A stretch of DNA of 64,000 nt from Lingula anatina (taxonomy: Eukaryota > Animalia > Brachiopoda): positions 17,612,848 to 17,676,847 of the forward strand of contig CM120643.1 of assembly GCA_051362555.1 (NCBI GenBank), written 5' to 3'. Shown piece after piece: positions 53,207-64,000 of the stretch. The notes under the pieces were generated by a model. It saw only the letters and a list, made by a program, of their open reading frames with translations. It was not told the DNA's origin and did no database searches. Positions within the stretch are counted from its first letter, which is position 1, and every line of letters starts with the position of its first letter. Made by a program: the position numbers and the translations under genes.

Positions 53207-53833
53207 GTATAAAACTACGCCATTATTATCATGTGTATTTAATTGTTAAAAGTTTTACTACACGCGCTTGCCCGCGTGTCTTTGGATATGTACAAGAGAG
53301 TAGGTCCGTACCTAGGTTAGTAGGTGCAAGTGCGTGTGCGTGGAGTTGTGCATGCGTCGGGAGTAGGAAGTGTGTAGCGTTAAGTTGTGCACTTCCAGTC
53401 GACCTCTCACAACAGTTCTAAATTTCAGAGATTACTGAAGATTCATCTCTAACATCAGCAAAATAACGCTGGTGATTTCAGTGGCGAGTGTTCAGTAATC
53501 TCCGAAGATCGAAGGGCGATCGCCACAGTCATGAGTCCGTGGTTTGAAGAGGTGGGGATCTGGGAACACATCCGGAATCATGTCACGATTTCAATACGCT
53601 GGCACGACTTAATGTTCAGGAACAAACTGAAACCCATTACCACCACTCAGGATTTAATTGATTAAGACACGGGATCCTACTCGGGTCATTTCGTTCACTT
53701 TCTTAAGACTATTTTCGATCCAGGGGCCTTCATTTTATTTCTCAATCATGGAGAAACGACAGGTGTCTTCTGAATATAAAGTTCACACCAGAATTTAAAA
53801 GCGTGCTCTCTGTTTGGCAATAATATGTATCTT

Positions 53834-54544
53834 TGTAACCGCGGTTGGTTACCAATGTTGGAGGTGAACGGTGAATTTCAATTCACTTAAAAATGAACAC
53901 AACAGCCAGCATGGAGTTTTGTAGTAGTCTTTATTTCTCATACATACAGTCTGACACGCAGGCAGGAACAGTCTTGACGATCTCCCGTGGTCTCTGACTC
54001 TCTACCTGAGAGGCCCAGTTTTTATAGGGAATCGTACTGGTTCCTGCGTACCCTAAATCTGTTAGTATGCGTATCTTATAGGAAATAAATTTGTCAATTG
54101 TCATATGTGAGTAAGGATACATGAACCTCATCCCTGTGCTTGAATATATATAGGCCTAACTGTGTCATACTTGAAATGAAGATCAATAGAACTAAATACT
54201 GGAACTACAATATTTGTTATAGTAACCCTCAAGATGGATATATTCTCCGGGTAGGAAGGCTGCATATATAATGCTAGGACCTGGGACTGGCTCTATTAAA
54301 TTGAACTTACTTAATTATCTCAGGTGGGGTGGAAGAGATCGAGAACTAAACGACAATAATTAGGCCAAAGTATTTCTACAGTTAGAGAATCGTCACTTGT
54401 TCTCCCTTTTCTGTCTGTTCAAAAGGGGGGGGGGGGGGCATTCATTATTTAAATTTATTACTTTGAAGGGACATTTGTTTTTAACAATAGCTTCTCTCCC
54501 AAGATTAAGATTTGAATTTAAAGACAAGGCTGAATTGTATAACA
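53834..54544 (-). mobile_element. Solo-LTR-like element, copy 2, antisense in RGK intron 2
   Basis: Shares ordered blocks with copy 1: GTGTTATACAATT, GACAGAAAAGGGAGA, GCCAGTCCCAGGTCC, CCTTCCTACCCGGAGAA, ACGATTCCCTATAAAA, GGGAGATCGTC, CCTGCCTGCGTG, AATAAAGA, GTAACCAACCGnGGTTACA; flanked by CTT on both sides. Confidence 0.7.
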
Positions 54545-56585
54545 CTTCCGTATGATATCTTTCTTTCCTGTGAGTAGGCGGGTTTGTATAACCACAGTTT
54601 CCCCAGAGAACAACTGAATAGATGGAGCCACATGTCGTTTCTTTTGTAATAGATGTTGTGACATTTGTTGATCAGCTACCTTCTGGAAAGTGTGTGTTTA
54701 GTGTCAATGTCCGTTCACAAACACCTTCACATCTCTTTCTCAATAATTGCGTTTCTCTTTCTTCAAGCTGGTTGATAAGAAAGATTCCCCGTGATACCCT
54801 AGATAACAGTTTGATGTAAAAACAAACGTGCATTCAAAGCGTCCAAATTGCATTTAAAACCAGCTCTCCTTTTTCAAAGTAGTCACATAACTGGTTTCAA
54901 TCAACTTTTAATTTAATTTTCCCCTGATTTCTGTGACCTGTCCTCTAATGACTGGTGATACATATTAATAAACCAGCACGACAGTCACAGCTCTTTTTAA
55001 TATCTGTGCAAGATGTTTTATACATAATTCATTTAAGCAATTCCATCTTGACAACCCGTATGCGCATTTTGTCTATTCTCTCTTTAGTGCAAATCGATGA
55101 CATGGATTATTTATTTGTTCGTGTGAGTGAGTAAATTGACTAAAACGATTGCAATTTTAGTGATTAAAAGTTTGTATTTGTACCTTGCAAGGATTCTAAC
55201 TGAAGAAGTTATACATATACATGGACAAGTTACATTGTTCGTATGTTTGGGGTCATCCTGTGGTGAAATACCAAAAAAAAGTGGGTTGACTTCTTAATGC
55301 GCTGAGCAACGTATTCTGCTGTACTCAATAGCCTTTTTCGGATGTACTTAACCTTATACTTTCTGTTAGCCCTAACTTCTGCATGAATTTATCATATGGG
55401 ACGCCACGAGTCCACTTCTAGGACGACCATTGTCACACTCAGGCCTCACAAACGGTAAAGTTGCCGTTTTCTAACAAGAGCCTTAGATTTGTGGGGAGAA
55501 CAAGTGCACAAATTATATAATTAAGGACTCCAGTCACGAAGTAACTACGCCAACGTAGAATAACTTGCCACGAGTTTAGCGTTTCATTACACAAATACCA
55601 GCTTCCATCCGGGTCTCTGGCTGTTTGTACAGGCCTCCTACGGGTTCTTTTAATACGGCAGCAATGCGTTCTCTACAATCTCAGGCTCATACGGAACGTA
55701 CCAAACGGGTAAATAAGCGGTTTGTGTCATGAAACGCTGTGCTTGTGGCAATTTTACGATAGAGTAGTTCATTCGTGGTTGCAGTCGTTAAATTGGGCAT
55801 TTGTGCCTACAAATCTGAGGCTTGAGTTAGAAAACGCCTAATCCGTTTATAAGGCCTGACACCGGCCTCGCTAGTAAGTCGCCCAAGAACGTGACCAAAA
55901 ATAAATAAATAAATAAAATAAAATAATGAAGAAATGAAAATCATAGTAATTTGTATCTTAACGCACATTCTAAACAGACGGCATCTCTCTCTCTCTCCTG
56001 CACAAGCATTCAAACAATTACCATCAAAGTGATGGCTGGGATCCGCAGGACTTTAATAAGAGGAACATGACGCCAGTGTGATTGTTAAAATGACCTTTTA
56101 TAAATCTACCAGTTGACATTTTCTCTAGGCAGCGATGTAACAATGAAGCTGTAGATGACAATAAAACAGTCTCTGGTTACCGATAATGAAAGCTTCAAAA
56201 TAACGACAGAGTGTTAGAACTATCGAATGGCGTTTTATAGCAGCTAACAAATGGCTTTATGAACTGTATAAAAAGTTCATTTCCCACATAGTTAAGATAC
56301 TGTTCTTTAGTCCCGCAGATGTCTTTTTAAACGTGCCTGTATTTCCAACTTGATTTTTTACTTATATTTTGTGTCTGTTCAATTCTTTTTTTCTCTTTCA
56401 TTTTATTGAAAAGGTTTTATTTAAACCGGTTTAATTTTTTTTACTACAAAGATGATTTTCGTCGTTTTAGCCAAGCTAATCAATGATAAGCTTTGATTTG
56501 AATTGCTGTCACTTCTAGTGGTTCTTGTATTTCTTGCTAATCTTATATTCCCGTCATATTTTGTTTTCCGTTGTCGTCGTTTCAG

Positions 56586-56769
56586 AATTTACATCAGTAT
56601 GAAGACGCGGACGCCATCGTAATAGTCTACTCTATGGCGGATAGGGCAAGTTTTGAGTACGCCACGGACGTCTTGTTTCGTCTCCGCAAGGAAGATAATT
56701 ACACCAAAGCCATAATTCTAGTCGGGAATAAAAGCGATATCGTTCGTGGGAGAGAAGTTTCTTTGGACG
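56586..56769 (+). CDS. RGK: RGK-family GTPase, coding exon 3 (contains G4 NKSD)
   Basis: Acceptor TTTCAG at 56580-56585, donor G|GTAAGT at 56770; encodes DAIVIVYSMADRASFE...IILVGNKSDIVRGREVSLD; 184 nt, phase 0 to 1. Confidence 0.94.
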
Positions 56770-58277
56770 GTAAGTCAGCCTGATTGCCTTTCTCGAGTTT
56801 ATTAACCCATTAACCCTCTCCAAACCACCAAACCAAGCGATTTGTTGAAATATGTTTGAGCATCTTCTAAGGATACATCTGACCATACTACCTTACAAGT
56901 GACACACGAAGCAAGAGCAAAACGGATCATAATGATAATAATTCAATTCAGTTCTAGTTCAATTTAAGCAGGGTCAAATCGACAGCTTTAGCCAAGCAGA
57001 CTTGTCACTTGGAGCATGTCGAGTTAACATTTACCAATGCCTTTATCATCATTACCATAAAAGAGCAGAGTACAAAGACAATGCAGTATATTATAATGAT
57101 CTCTCTGCATTAGCAATGTTACGCCTACCTGAATGCACCTTTGATATTGAAACTGGTGCTCAGAAGAGACAAAAAAGAGCAAATAGAAGAAGCAAATTGT
57201 ATTAGCAACGGTGTACTGAAGACGAAACGCTTTTTGTTGTACTGTCACTCCTAGCTACAAGCTATAGAGAGATATTTTTGAATCTAAATTGAAAACGAAA
57301 AATGTTGATTTTCAACACAAGCTAGAAAGATGACAAATGACGTGATAATAATGAAACCTACAACCAAAAGTGATACCTTAAAACGTGTTGCATGCATCTA
57401 AATTATTTAAGCTGAATGAAGAAAAATTGCCACTTGATTGCTCATGCATGTACGATCTTATTAAGACTTTATTTATTATTTATTCATTTAGAATATTTCT
57501 TCCTCTCTTTTTATAGTGTCAAATCTATATATATTCTGTTTTAATTACAGTTTTTTTGCCATTGGCTTGTGTACATACTTATGTATTGGTACGTGAATGA
57601 ATGGAAATGAAAACTGAAAAGTTTAATTATGACAGTGGCATGGATTATGAAGGATGTATAACATAATGCAGTAAACTGTCTCGTTGTTAACATGAAATCT
57701 CACAGTACCTCCCAGCGTCTTCGATTCATGACACCTACTCTTAAAAAAGTAATAAAAAGAGAAAATGACTTATCACTTTTGAATGTGGAAACCTTGATAA
57801 AACTATAAAATCGTCTGGAAACAGCGGTATACCTATCCGTGTGAAAGCAGCTGTGAAGCTGTCTGGTTCATACGTACCCCCAGCTCTTCCCCATGAGAAT
57901 ACGGGATTGCTGGGAATTTATCTATACTGCCACCATGTCGTCCGCCGTTCAAGAAACGACAGAGGCTTGCCGAAAATGTTGGCAAGTTTCCTAAAAAGCT
58001 CTTAGTCTGGAGGGAGTAGGGGGTGCTATATGTCTTTTTGAGCACTTGATATGCAGTCTTTTAGTGCGATATATTGTTTTTTATCCCAACGAGTCCTGAG
58101 GATGCGTTATGGAAATAGAAATGTGCCGTGGTAATTTGTTTGTACGGTAAGCGGTAGGTGCTGGCACATGTCAAGAAAATGTACGTTTTTTGCTTGTGTG
58201 TTGACTGTGTCCAACGTGCGCGTACATTTACATTATGTACACACCCACGTGTACAGGTAGAGCTATATATGATGTTG

Positions 58278-58322
58278 GAGAGAGAGAGAGAGAGTGAGTG
58301 AGTGAGAGAGAGTGAGAGTGAG
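58278..58322. repeat. (GA)n/(GAGT)n microsatellite
   Basis: Direct reading. Confidence 0.85.
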
Positions 58323-59044
58323 AAGCGCTGAAAGTCTTAAATCTGGTGACCTCAAACTACGGACTCGCAGAACGTGCAGTACGGCTTCGTCTAATATGTT
58401 CATTCACTTCACAATAATTTTTTCGGACGTTTTAATTTGTTTGGCCTCACTGGGACTTACTTCAATATTCTTAACAATCTGCAATTTTTTTCTCGTACGT
58501 GTTCCGCTCGCCTCTACTCGGTATGGATTCGTGTTTTCAGTCAATTTCTGTTAGACTTTCCTAGTGGCACATGGTCTCAATAAATGTATCCCGCCATTCA
58601 TATGTCCCTTCTCTTTGAAAAAAATCTTTTATCATTTGTTTTATTGGAAAACACTGCTGAATATTTCAGTTTAGACTGAGGTTTTATTCAATCAGTTCTG
58701 TTTTTTGTTTCTGCCTACAATGGAACTGCCTCAAGAGGGTTTCTTTATTCCCCAGGGAAAAGCCATGGGCTTTCTCTCTCCTATTAGGTGATGTGAATTG
58801 TACAAAAGCTAGCCCAATTCTATTATGCTATTTTACCAGTTTTTCAGATTTTGATGTTTCCCATCACGAAAATAGGCCATTTTGTCCCGACGAATCGATG
58901 ATGTGATAAAACAGTCATATTGTGTGTTATTTATTCTAATGGCACTTCCGTGTGTCCCTTGGGCTGATGGATTGGAAGGACTGTCTGTGTCCCCATTAAT
59001 GAGAGATACCGGTAAAGTGTGCATATACTTTTATGCCACTCAAA

Positions 59045-59252
59045 GGCCACGTTCATGCTAAGCTCGGATGGACCGCATCTTATCCAATCCACATGACGTC
59101 ACTATTTTTCCAATGTAAAGAATAAGATGTATGCAATGCATGATGACATCATACTTTCTTTTTGAAACATAGTAGGGCCGGCCACGTTCAAGCTAGGCGC
59201 AGATAGACCGATTCTGATTCGATCCAAATAGCATCAACATTTTCAGCTGTAA
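59045..59252. repeat. Diverged direct repeat pair, 135 bp apart
   Basis: GGCCACGTTCATGCTAAGCTCGGATGGACCG (59045) vs GGCCACGTTCAAGCTAGGCGCAGATAGACCG (59180), with similarity continuing for about 70 bp. Confidence 0.6.
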
Positions 59253-59437
59253 TCATTATTGAATACGCCTTGCACGTTCTGTCCGAAAATTAATTGTTTT
59301 GCTGTTATGCTTGGCTACAGTAAAATCAGTTAGTGCCTCCCATACTAAAAATTGATGATATTTACGCCCTTATTCCTGACTGAATCATTGTGCAATATGT
59401 TTTTTTTTTTTACTGTTGTTTTGGTTTTCTGTATATA

Positions 59438-61097
59438 CAGGGTTGCTACTTAATATGGAATATTTTTTATCATTGTTATTTTTGAGTGCTGATTAAATAT
59501 TTTTTGGCTTGATTCATCAAAAAAGTATATCATTGAGTGAGAAAAATATCCAGTCTTCTATTGTGAGATATTTTGGTCAATAATATCAAATCTGACATAA
59601 GATGTCATTCAAAAGAAAAGAACACCCCCAGAAAACCATATCAACAGTTTGATGTCAGTATTAACTTTAAGCTAAGATATTAAAGAAAATGATAGCCTCC
59701 GGACAGTGATAAGTTACACAGTCAAAGAAATCATTACAGTAAATCATGAAAAGTCATCAATAGCGGGTATGACCTCCAGCAGCCGCTTGCAGCGCCCTCA
59801 TCCTACATGCCATACCCTGTGACAAGTTTTTTAGAGTTTGGATGTGGATATCATTCCACGCAGTGATATTTGCCTGTCGCATTTCATCACTATTTACCGG
59901 CCGATGACCATAGCTATTAATTCTCTGAGTTACTTCCGCCCACAGATTTTCAATTGGGTTCATTACTGGGGAGTTTGCAGGCCAGGGCAGTTGCTGAACC
60001 TACTGGTTTTGAAGAAAAACAGTGATTCTGCGAGCTCGATGTGGGGTTGCACAGTCGTCTTGGTACACAAAGCTGTTCCTAAAGATGACTCTTACAAATC
60101 GAAGCATTGTTTGCTGTAGAATGTCTCTGTAGGAACCCTGGTTGAGGTTGCCTCCCAGAAAAACCAACTGGTTCTGGACACCGGCATGGAATGCTCCCCA
60201 AACAGAGACGTTACCACCCCCTGCTTGCACCCTAAGTAGTACACAATCATTGTTTTATGCCTCTTGTACACATCGGCGGACACGGATTCGACAGTCAACC
60301 CCCAAAATTCCATATCTGACCTCGTCACTGAAAACGACGTGATTCCAGTGTTTTGGCTGCAAAAGCACGTGGTCCCCAGCCCATTGCAGACGTCGCTGTA
60401 TATGACCTGCTGTTAACAGTGGTTTACGTACTGGTCTTCGTGCAAAATAACCAGTTTGCTGTAATCTTTTGTTCACAAGGGACCTTGAAACGGGCGTTTG
60501 AAAGGCATTCTGCCACTCTTTTTTGAGGACACTGGTTGTCTTTGTACGACCAGCACGGCGCACTCTAAGGAGAAGGCGATCCTGTCTTCTTGGTGTGGTA
60601 CGCGGACACCCTGGTGGAAGTATTGGAGTAGGTGCCCCTGTTGTAGCATTTGTTTGGAGGACTTTATTAACGGTTCCTGAAAAATGTTGAATTGTCTGGC
60701 AATGGCTATCCGTTTCTAGCCATTTTCTCTGAGAGCAAGAATCCCATAGTAAGCTGCGTTGCTTAGCTGTCGAACCATATCTTCTCTAAGGTAACTGACA
60801 AGTTTCAGAGCGATCCCTTTGTTGCTTCTCTAAATACACTCCAAAGATTGACCAAACCCATGCGCTTTTATACAAGGGCAGAAATTGCCGAAAAGACCAC
60901 CCCTCACATTTCTGACCACAGAACATGCAACTGCTTACATTAATTGTTTCGAAAGTTGCATGGTAATTAGGTAACACACCTGGCTACACATAGAGTGACA
61001 CCTCAGTTTTGGATTTAAAATAGTTGGAGAGAAATTAAATATTTTGTAGAACATTTTCTCGACAAAAAATAATATTCCATATTAAGTGGTAACCCTG
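59438..61097 (-). mobile_element. Full-length Tc1-family DNA transposon (1660 bp) in RGK intron 3
   Basis: 27-bp TIRs CAGGGTTGCTACTTAATATGGAATATT / CAGGGTTACCACTTAATATGGAATATT (2 mismatches); TA on both sides (59436-59437, 61098-61099); encloses a transposase relic. Confidence 0.95.
59757..60778 (-). pseudogene. Decayed DD34E Tc1 transposase
   Basis: Joined minus-strand frames give MVRQLS..., RRPVRKPLLT, WNHVVFSDE, GGGNVSVWG, YQDDCATPH, WPANSPVMNPIENLW, GGHTRY*; D-to-E spacing 34; at least three in-frame stops and an N-terminal frameshift. Confidence 0.93.
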
Positions 61098-61301
61098 TAC
61101 ATATTATTGAAGTCAGGTGTATTATTTTGTAGATATTTTCTCTCACTAATTCATTCGTTAAACATTTTATTTGTTTGCATATTTATTTGTTTATGTGTAC
61201 GTTTGTTTCATCCATCGTCAGATTTTTTGTTTCCTTGACACCATCCGTGCATTCAAAGCTAATTCATCATCATACTCTTTTTTTTTTTTCATTCATTATA
61301 G

Positions 61302-61546
61302 AGGGAAGATCCATCGCCATGACCTACGACTGTAAATATACAGAAACCTCGGCCGTGTTAAACCACAACGTGGACGAACTGCTTGTTGGCACCTTGACCC
61401 AAATACGGCTCAAAGAGCAAGAGCACGGCCAGAAACCGAGCAAGACTCGTTGTGTCCCGAAATCGGCAAAACAGATTATAACCCGATTTTGGAAAAAGAA
61501 TGGCCGAAGGGTTTCTAAATCCTGTGACAACCTGTACGTGCTGTGA
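61302..61546 (+). CDS. RGK: RGK-family GTPase, terminal coding exon 4 (G5 ETSA, polybasic tail, KSCDNLYVL*)
   Basis: Poly-T acceptor ending TATAG at 61301; encodes EGRSIAMTYDCKYTETSAVLNHNVDELL...RVSKSCDNLYVL; Cys at position -7 is the RGK signature. Exons sum to 1269 nt = 422 aa + stop, in frame. Confidence 0.95.
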
Positions 61547-62169
61547 ACTGATATTGAAAGGGAATAGGATTTGGGCTGGAAGTAACTTTGCCCTCTCAGA
61601 CACGAGAACCGTTTTTGACACACAGGCATTTCTGAGGAAAACCCTTTCGTTGGGCATATGGGAACAAATAGGGAGGTCGTTTTCAAACTACCTAGAGAGG
61701 TGATATTGTAAGAAGGTGCCTGGGAAAGAGGGGAAACATTTTTGATGGTTCCTGGGTGTAGCATAAACTTCTCCATCTGGGCAGCTTTATTATTTTCGGC
61801 GAAGGAATGCAGTTTCATGTGAGAGTATAAAACGAAAAATGTGACATACATTCTGAAGTGGAATGAGCCAGGAAACGACAAATAGGATTTATTATTGTCA
61901 TTTCTTTTTATTCAGTAGGAGGTAGTTGATAACTGAACGATTAACTATGAACTTGATTTCAAAACTGCTCCAAGGGATGCTGCAAAAAGAAAAAAAGGCG
62001 CAGTTCACAAATGGGAGCACACTAGCATGTAAGCTTGCTAGCGTTACCGGCTTTCATGCTTATTAAATTTAAACTAGGAAGTAAATTCAAAATATTCCAC
62101 TCAACACGTTAAATAATATATCCTGCTCAAGGAGTTTTTTCACGCATTACGTTCCGCGTGATGTTCCAC

Positions 62170-62839
62170 TTAAAGGGGGATCGATACATTTGGTTTTTCC
62201 CTTTATTTGTATAGATAATACGGAAATTAACTTTGTCATGTAATGAGATAATACTGTCGCATCAAAAATTCATTAGGATGAATTTGTTAACTCGTGCCTG
62301 TCACGTAACTGCAGCTTTTTGGGATGCAAACTATAATATTGATTTCAAACTCGTCTCCTGTACCTGAACAGCTTTGAACACCAGTTTAACGCCTAACATC
62401 AACAAGTACCGTCCTACAATCTGGTCAGGAGATTCCCCTGAAAGGTTTACTTCTGATTTTAATAGTGAAGTAGCTAAGTAATTTCTTTGTTCAATGGAAC
62501 ATCGTAATAAGGGGATCAGAATTAGGGGAAATAAAAAGTGAAACCAAACACTGGCAATGGGTTGAAGTTTGAATCCTAGTCGTCCACCGTGCCCAATTTC
62601 GTGATAGCATCTTACTTAAAGGGCTACGTTAAAAACCAATCAAAACAGGGAAGTTGGCAATTAACTCTTGGTCACCCTATGTGCAGTAGTGTGTTGGTGA
62701 AAAAAGCAACAACAAATGGAGTTTGGGCTCTGAAAGTGTTCGTTTTATTGCAATAATATTAAGAGTGTTTTTCAAAAAAAAAAAAAAAAAAAAACAGAAA
62801 AAGATGTTTGCCAAATGTCGGCCTATCGATCCCTCTTAA
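62170..62839. mobile_element. Possible Kolobok-like non-autonomous element (TTAA-flanked) downstream of the RGK stop
   Basis: TTAAAGGGGGATCGATA(CATTTGG) vs reverse complement TTAAGAGGGATCGATA(GGCCGACATTTGG). Short and imperfect. Confidence 0.4.
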
Positions 62840-64000
62840 GTGCGAAGCAATTGCTTTAAATTTTTTAAAAGCTGTTTTACCGTTTCCAATATGGCAAGTA
62901 ACATGGTATGATTTAGATAATATAGATGCCGCCTTTATGGGGTATGGGGGTTTCTTTGTAATTACCTGAAGGCAGTTGTTTAAGGTTTTCTTTTCAACTG
63001 TAAGTGAATATATTTCAGTTAGATTTACACTTTCATCTCAGATTCTTGACACGCCTTTGTGTCAAATCTATATATTGCAGTTGGCGAGGCATGTCTTGCC
63101 AACGCATGCAACTATCTCCTTTTCTCAACTAACACATGCACCACATATTCAGTAACTTGTAACCAAAATGGTTCAGCGCATTGGACAATGTTTTCGACCG
63201 GTGTAACTTAATATGATATCTTGTAACAACTTTTTTGTACGTGGGATATATTTCAGCGTTAACATACATTACAGCTAACAAGGCTATGCTATTTTTGAAA
63301 TTTCACTATTTTGCAGTAAATTGCTTAGGCTATAATATTACCTAGCGGAATGGTGAATTAATAAAGATGTGCAACGACACAAAACTTCAAAAGAAGTTGG
63401 TAGAATTAGGGTGTGGGTCGAGACAGAACTCGTAGCAGAGTCTTAAACTCTCATTTATATATATTTGCATATTTTCAAGCCATTGGCTTATTACTACTTA
63501 ATTCCGAAAGAGAGTGGTGGTTTTATTGTATTTATTTATTATTTATTTATTTGTTTTGGTTTTTTTATTTTTCATTGAGGTGTGTATTGAGCATATTTTG
63601 CAAGTGCCTTGATTAGATTGACCTGTAATATAGCAAATGCGAATTTATTTAATTTTGCACAATTGGCTATATAATATATAGATTAACATATCGTTCAAGT
63701 CGTTTTCATTTTTTGTCATGTAAACTATCTATCTATCTAAAGTGTTTTAAATGAACAATATGTTTTACTTATCTTGAAAATTCTAATTTTCATTTGTTAA
63801 TTGGTTATTTACATGTTGTTCTCAACTACGATGTCATTCCTACTATTCGTTTATGTACCTTTTGGTGAATTAAATGCATTTGGCTGTTGATAAGTTTTTG
63901 TGTGTTTTTATTTTCATAATTTGTTTCTTTATTTTCTATTTCTATTTTCTTTCTTCTCGTTCTTAATACTTTACTTTGCAAACGTATCTCTAAAAACATG

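Noticed and set aside
57929-57994. Perfect Kozak GCCACCATG followed by a 19-aa CxxC micro-ORF
   Set aside because: Too short, intronic, with no promoter or homology support.
61324-61881. 185-aa antisense ORF over RGK exon 4 (also the antisense ORF at 35364-35711)
   Set aside because: Shadow ORFs of real coding exons; no recognisable protein features.

Overview
AT-rich, intron-containing animal genomic DNA, most plausibly a marine invertebrate (inference from the gene families and repeat types). There are two real protein-coding genes, both on the + strand. (1) An intronless class A peptide-type GPCR at 8747-9853, galanin/allatostatin-A-receptor-like, whose DRY motif reads LRY. (2) A four-exon RGK-family (Rad/Rem/Gem) small GTPase at 35374-61546 (422 aa spliced, C-terminus KSCDNLYVL) whose P-loop lysine is replaced by Arg. 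The rest is non-coding with many mobile-element relics: a full-length but decayed DD34E Tc1 in RGK intron 3, two diverged inverted copies of a solo-LTR-like element (25435-26074 and 53834-54544), several MITEs (one rearranged into three arms with captured host flank), RTE-LINE fragments, tandem duplications and microsatellites. Almost all other ORFs in the track are spurious. No CRISPR, rRNA or tRNA genes were seen, and I found no clearly new multi-gene system; the best leads are the variant motifs in the two proteins and the repeat structures.
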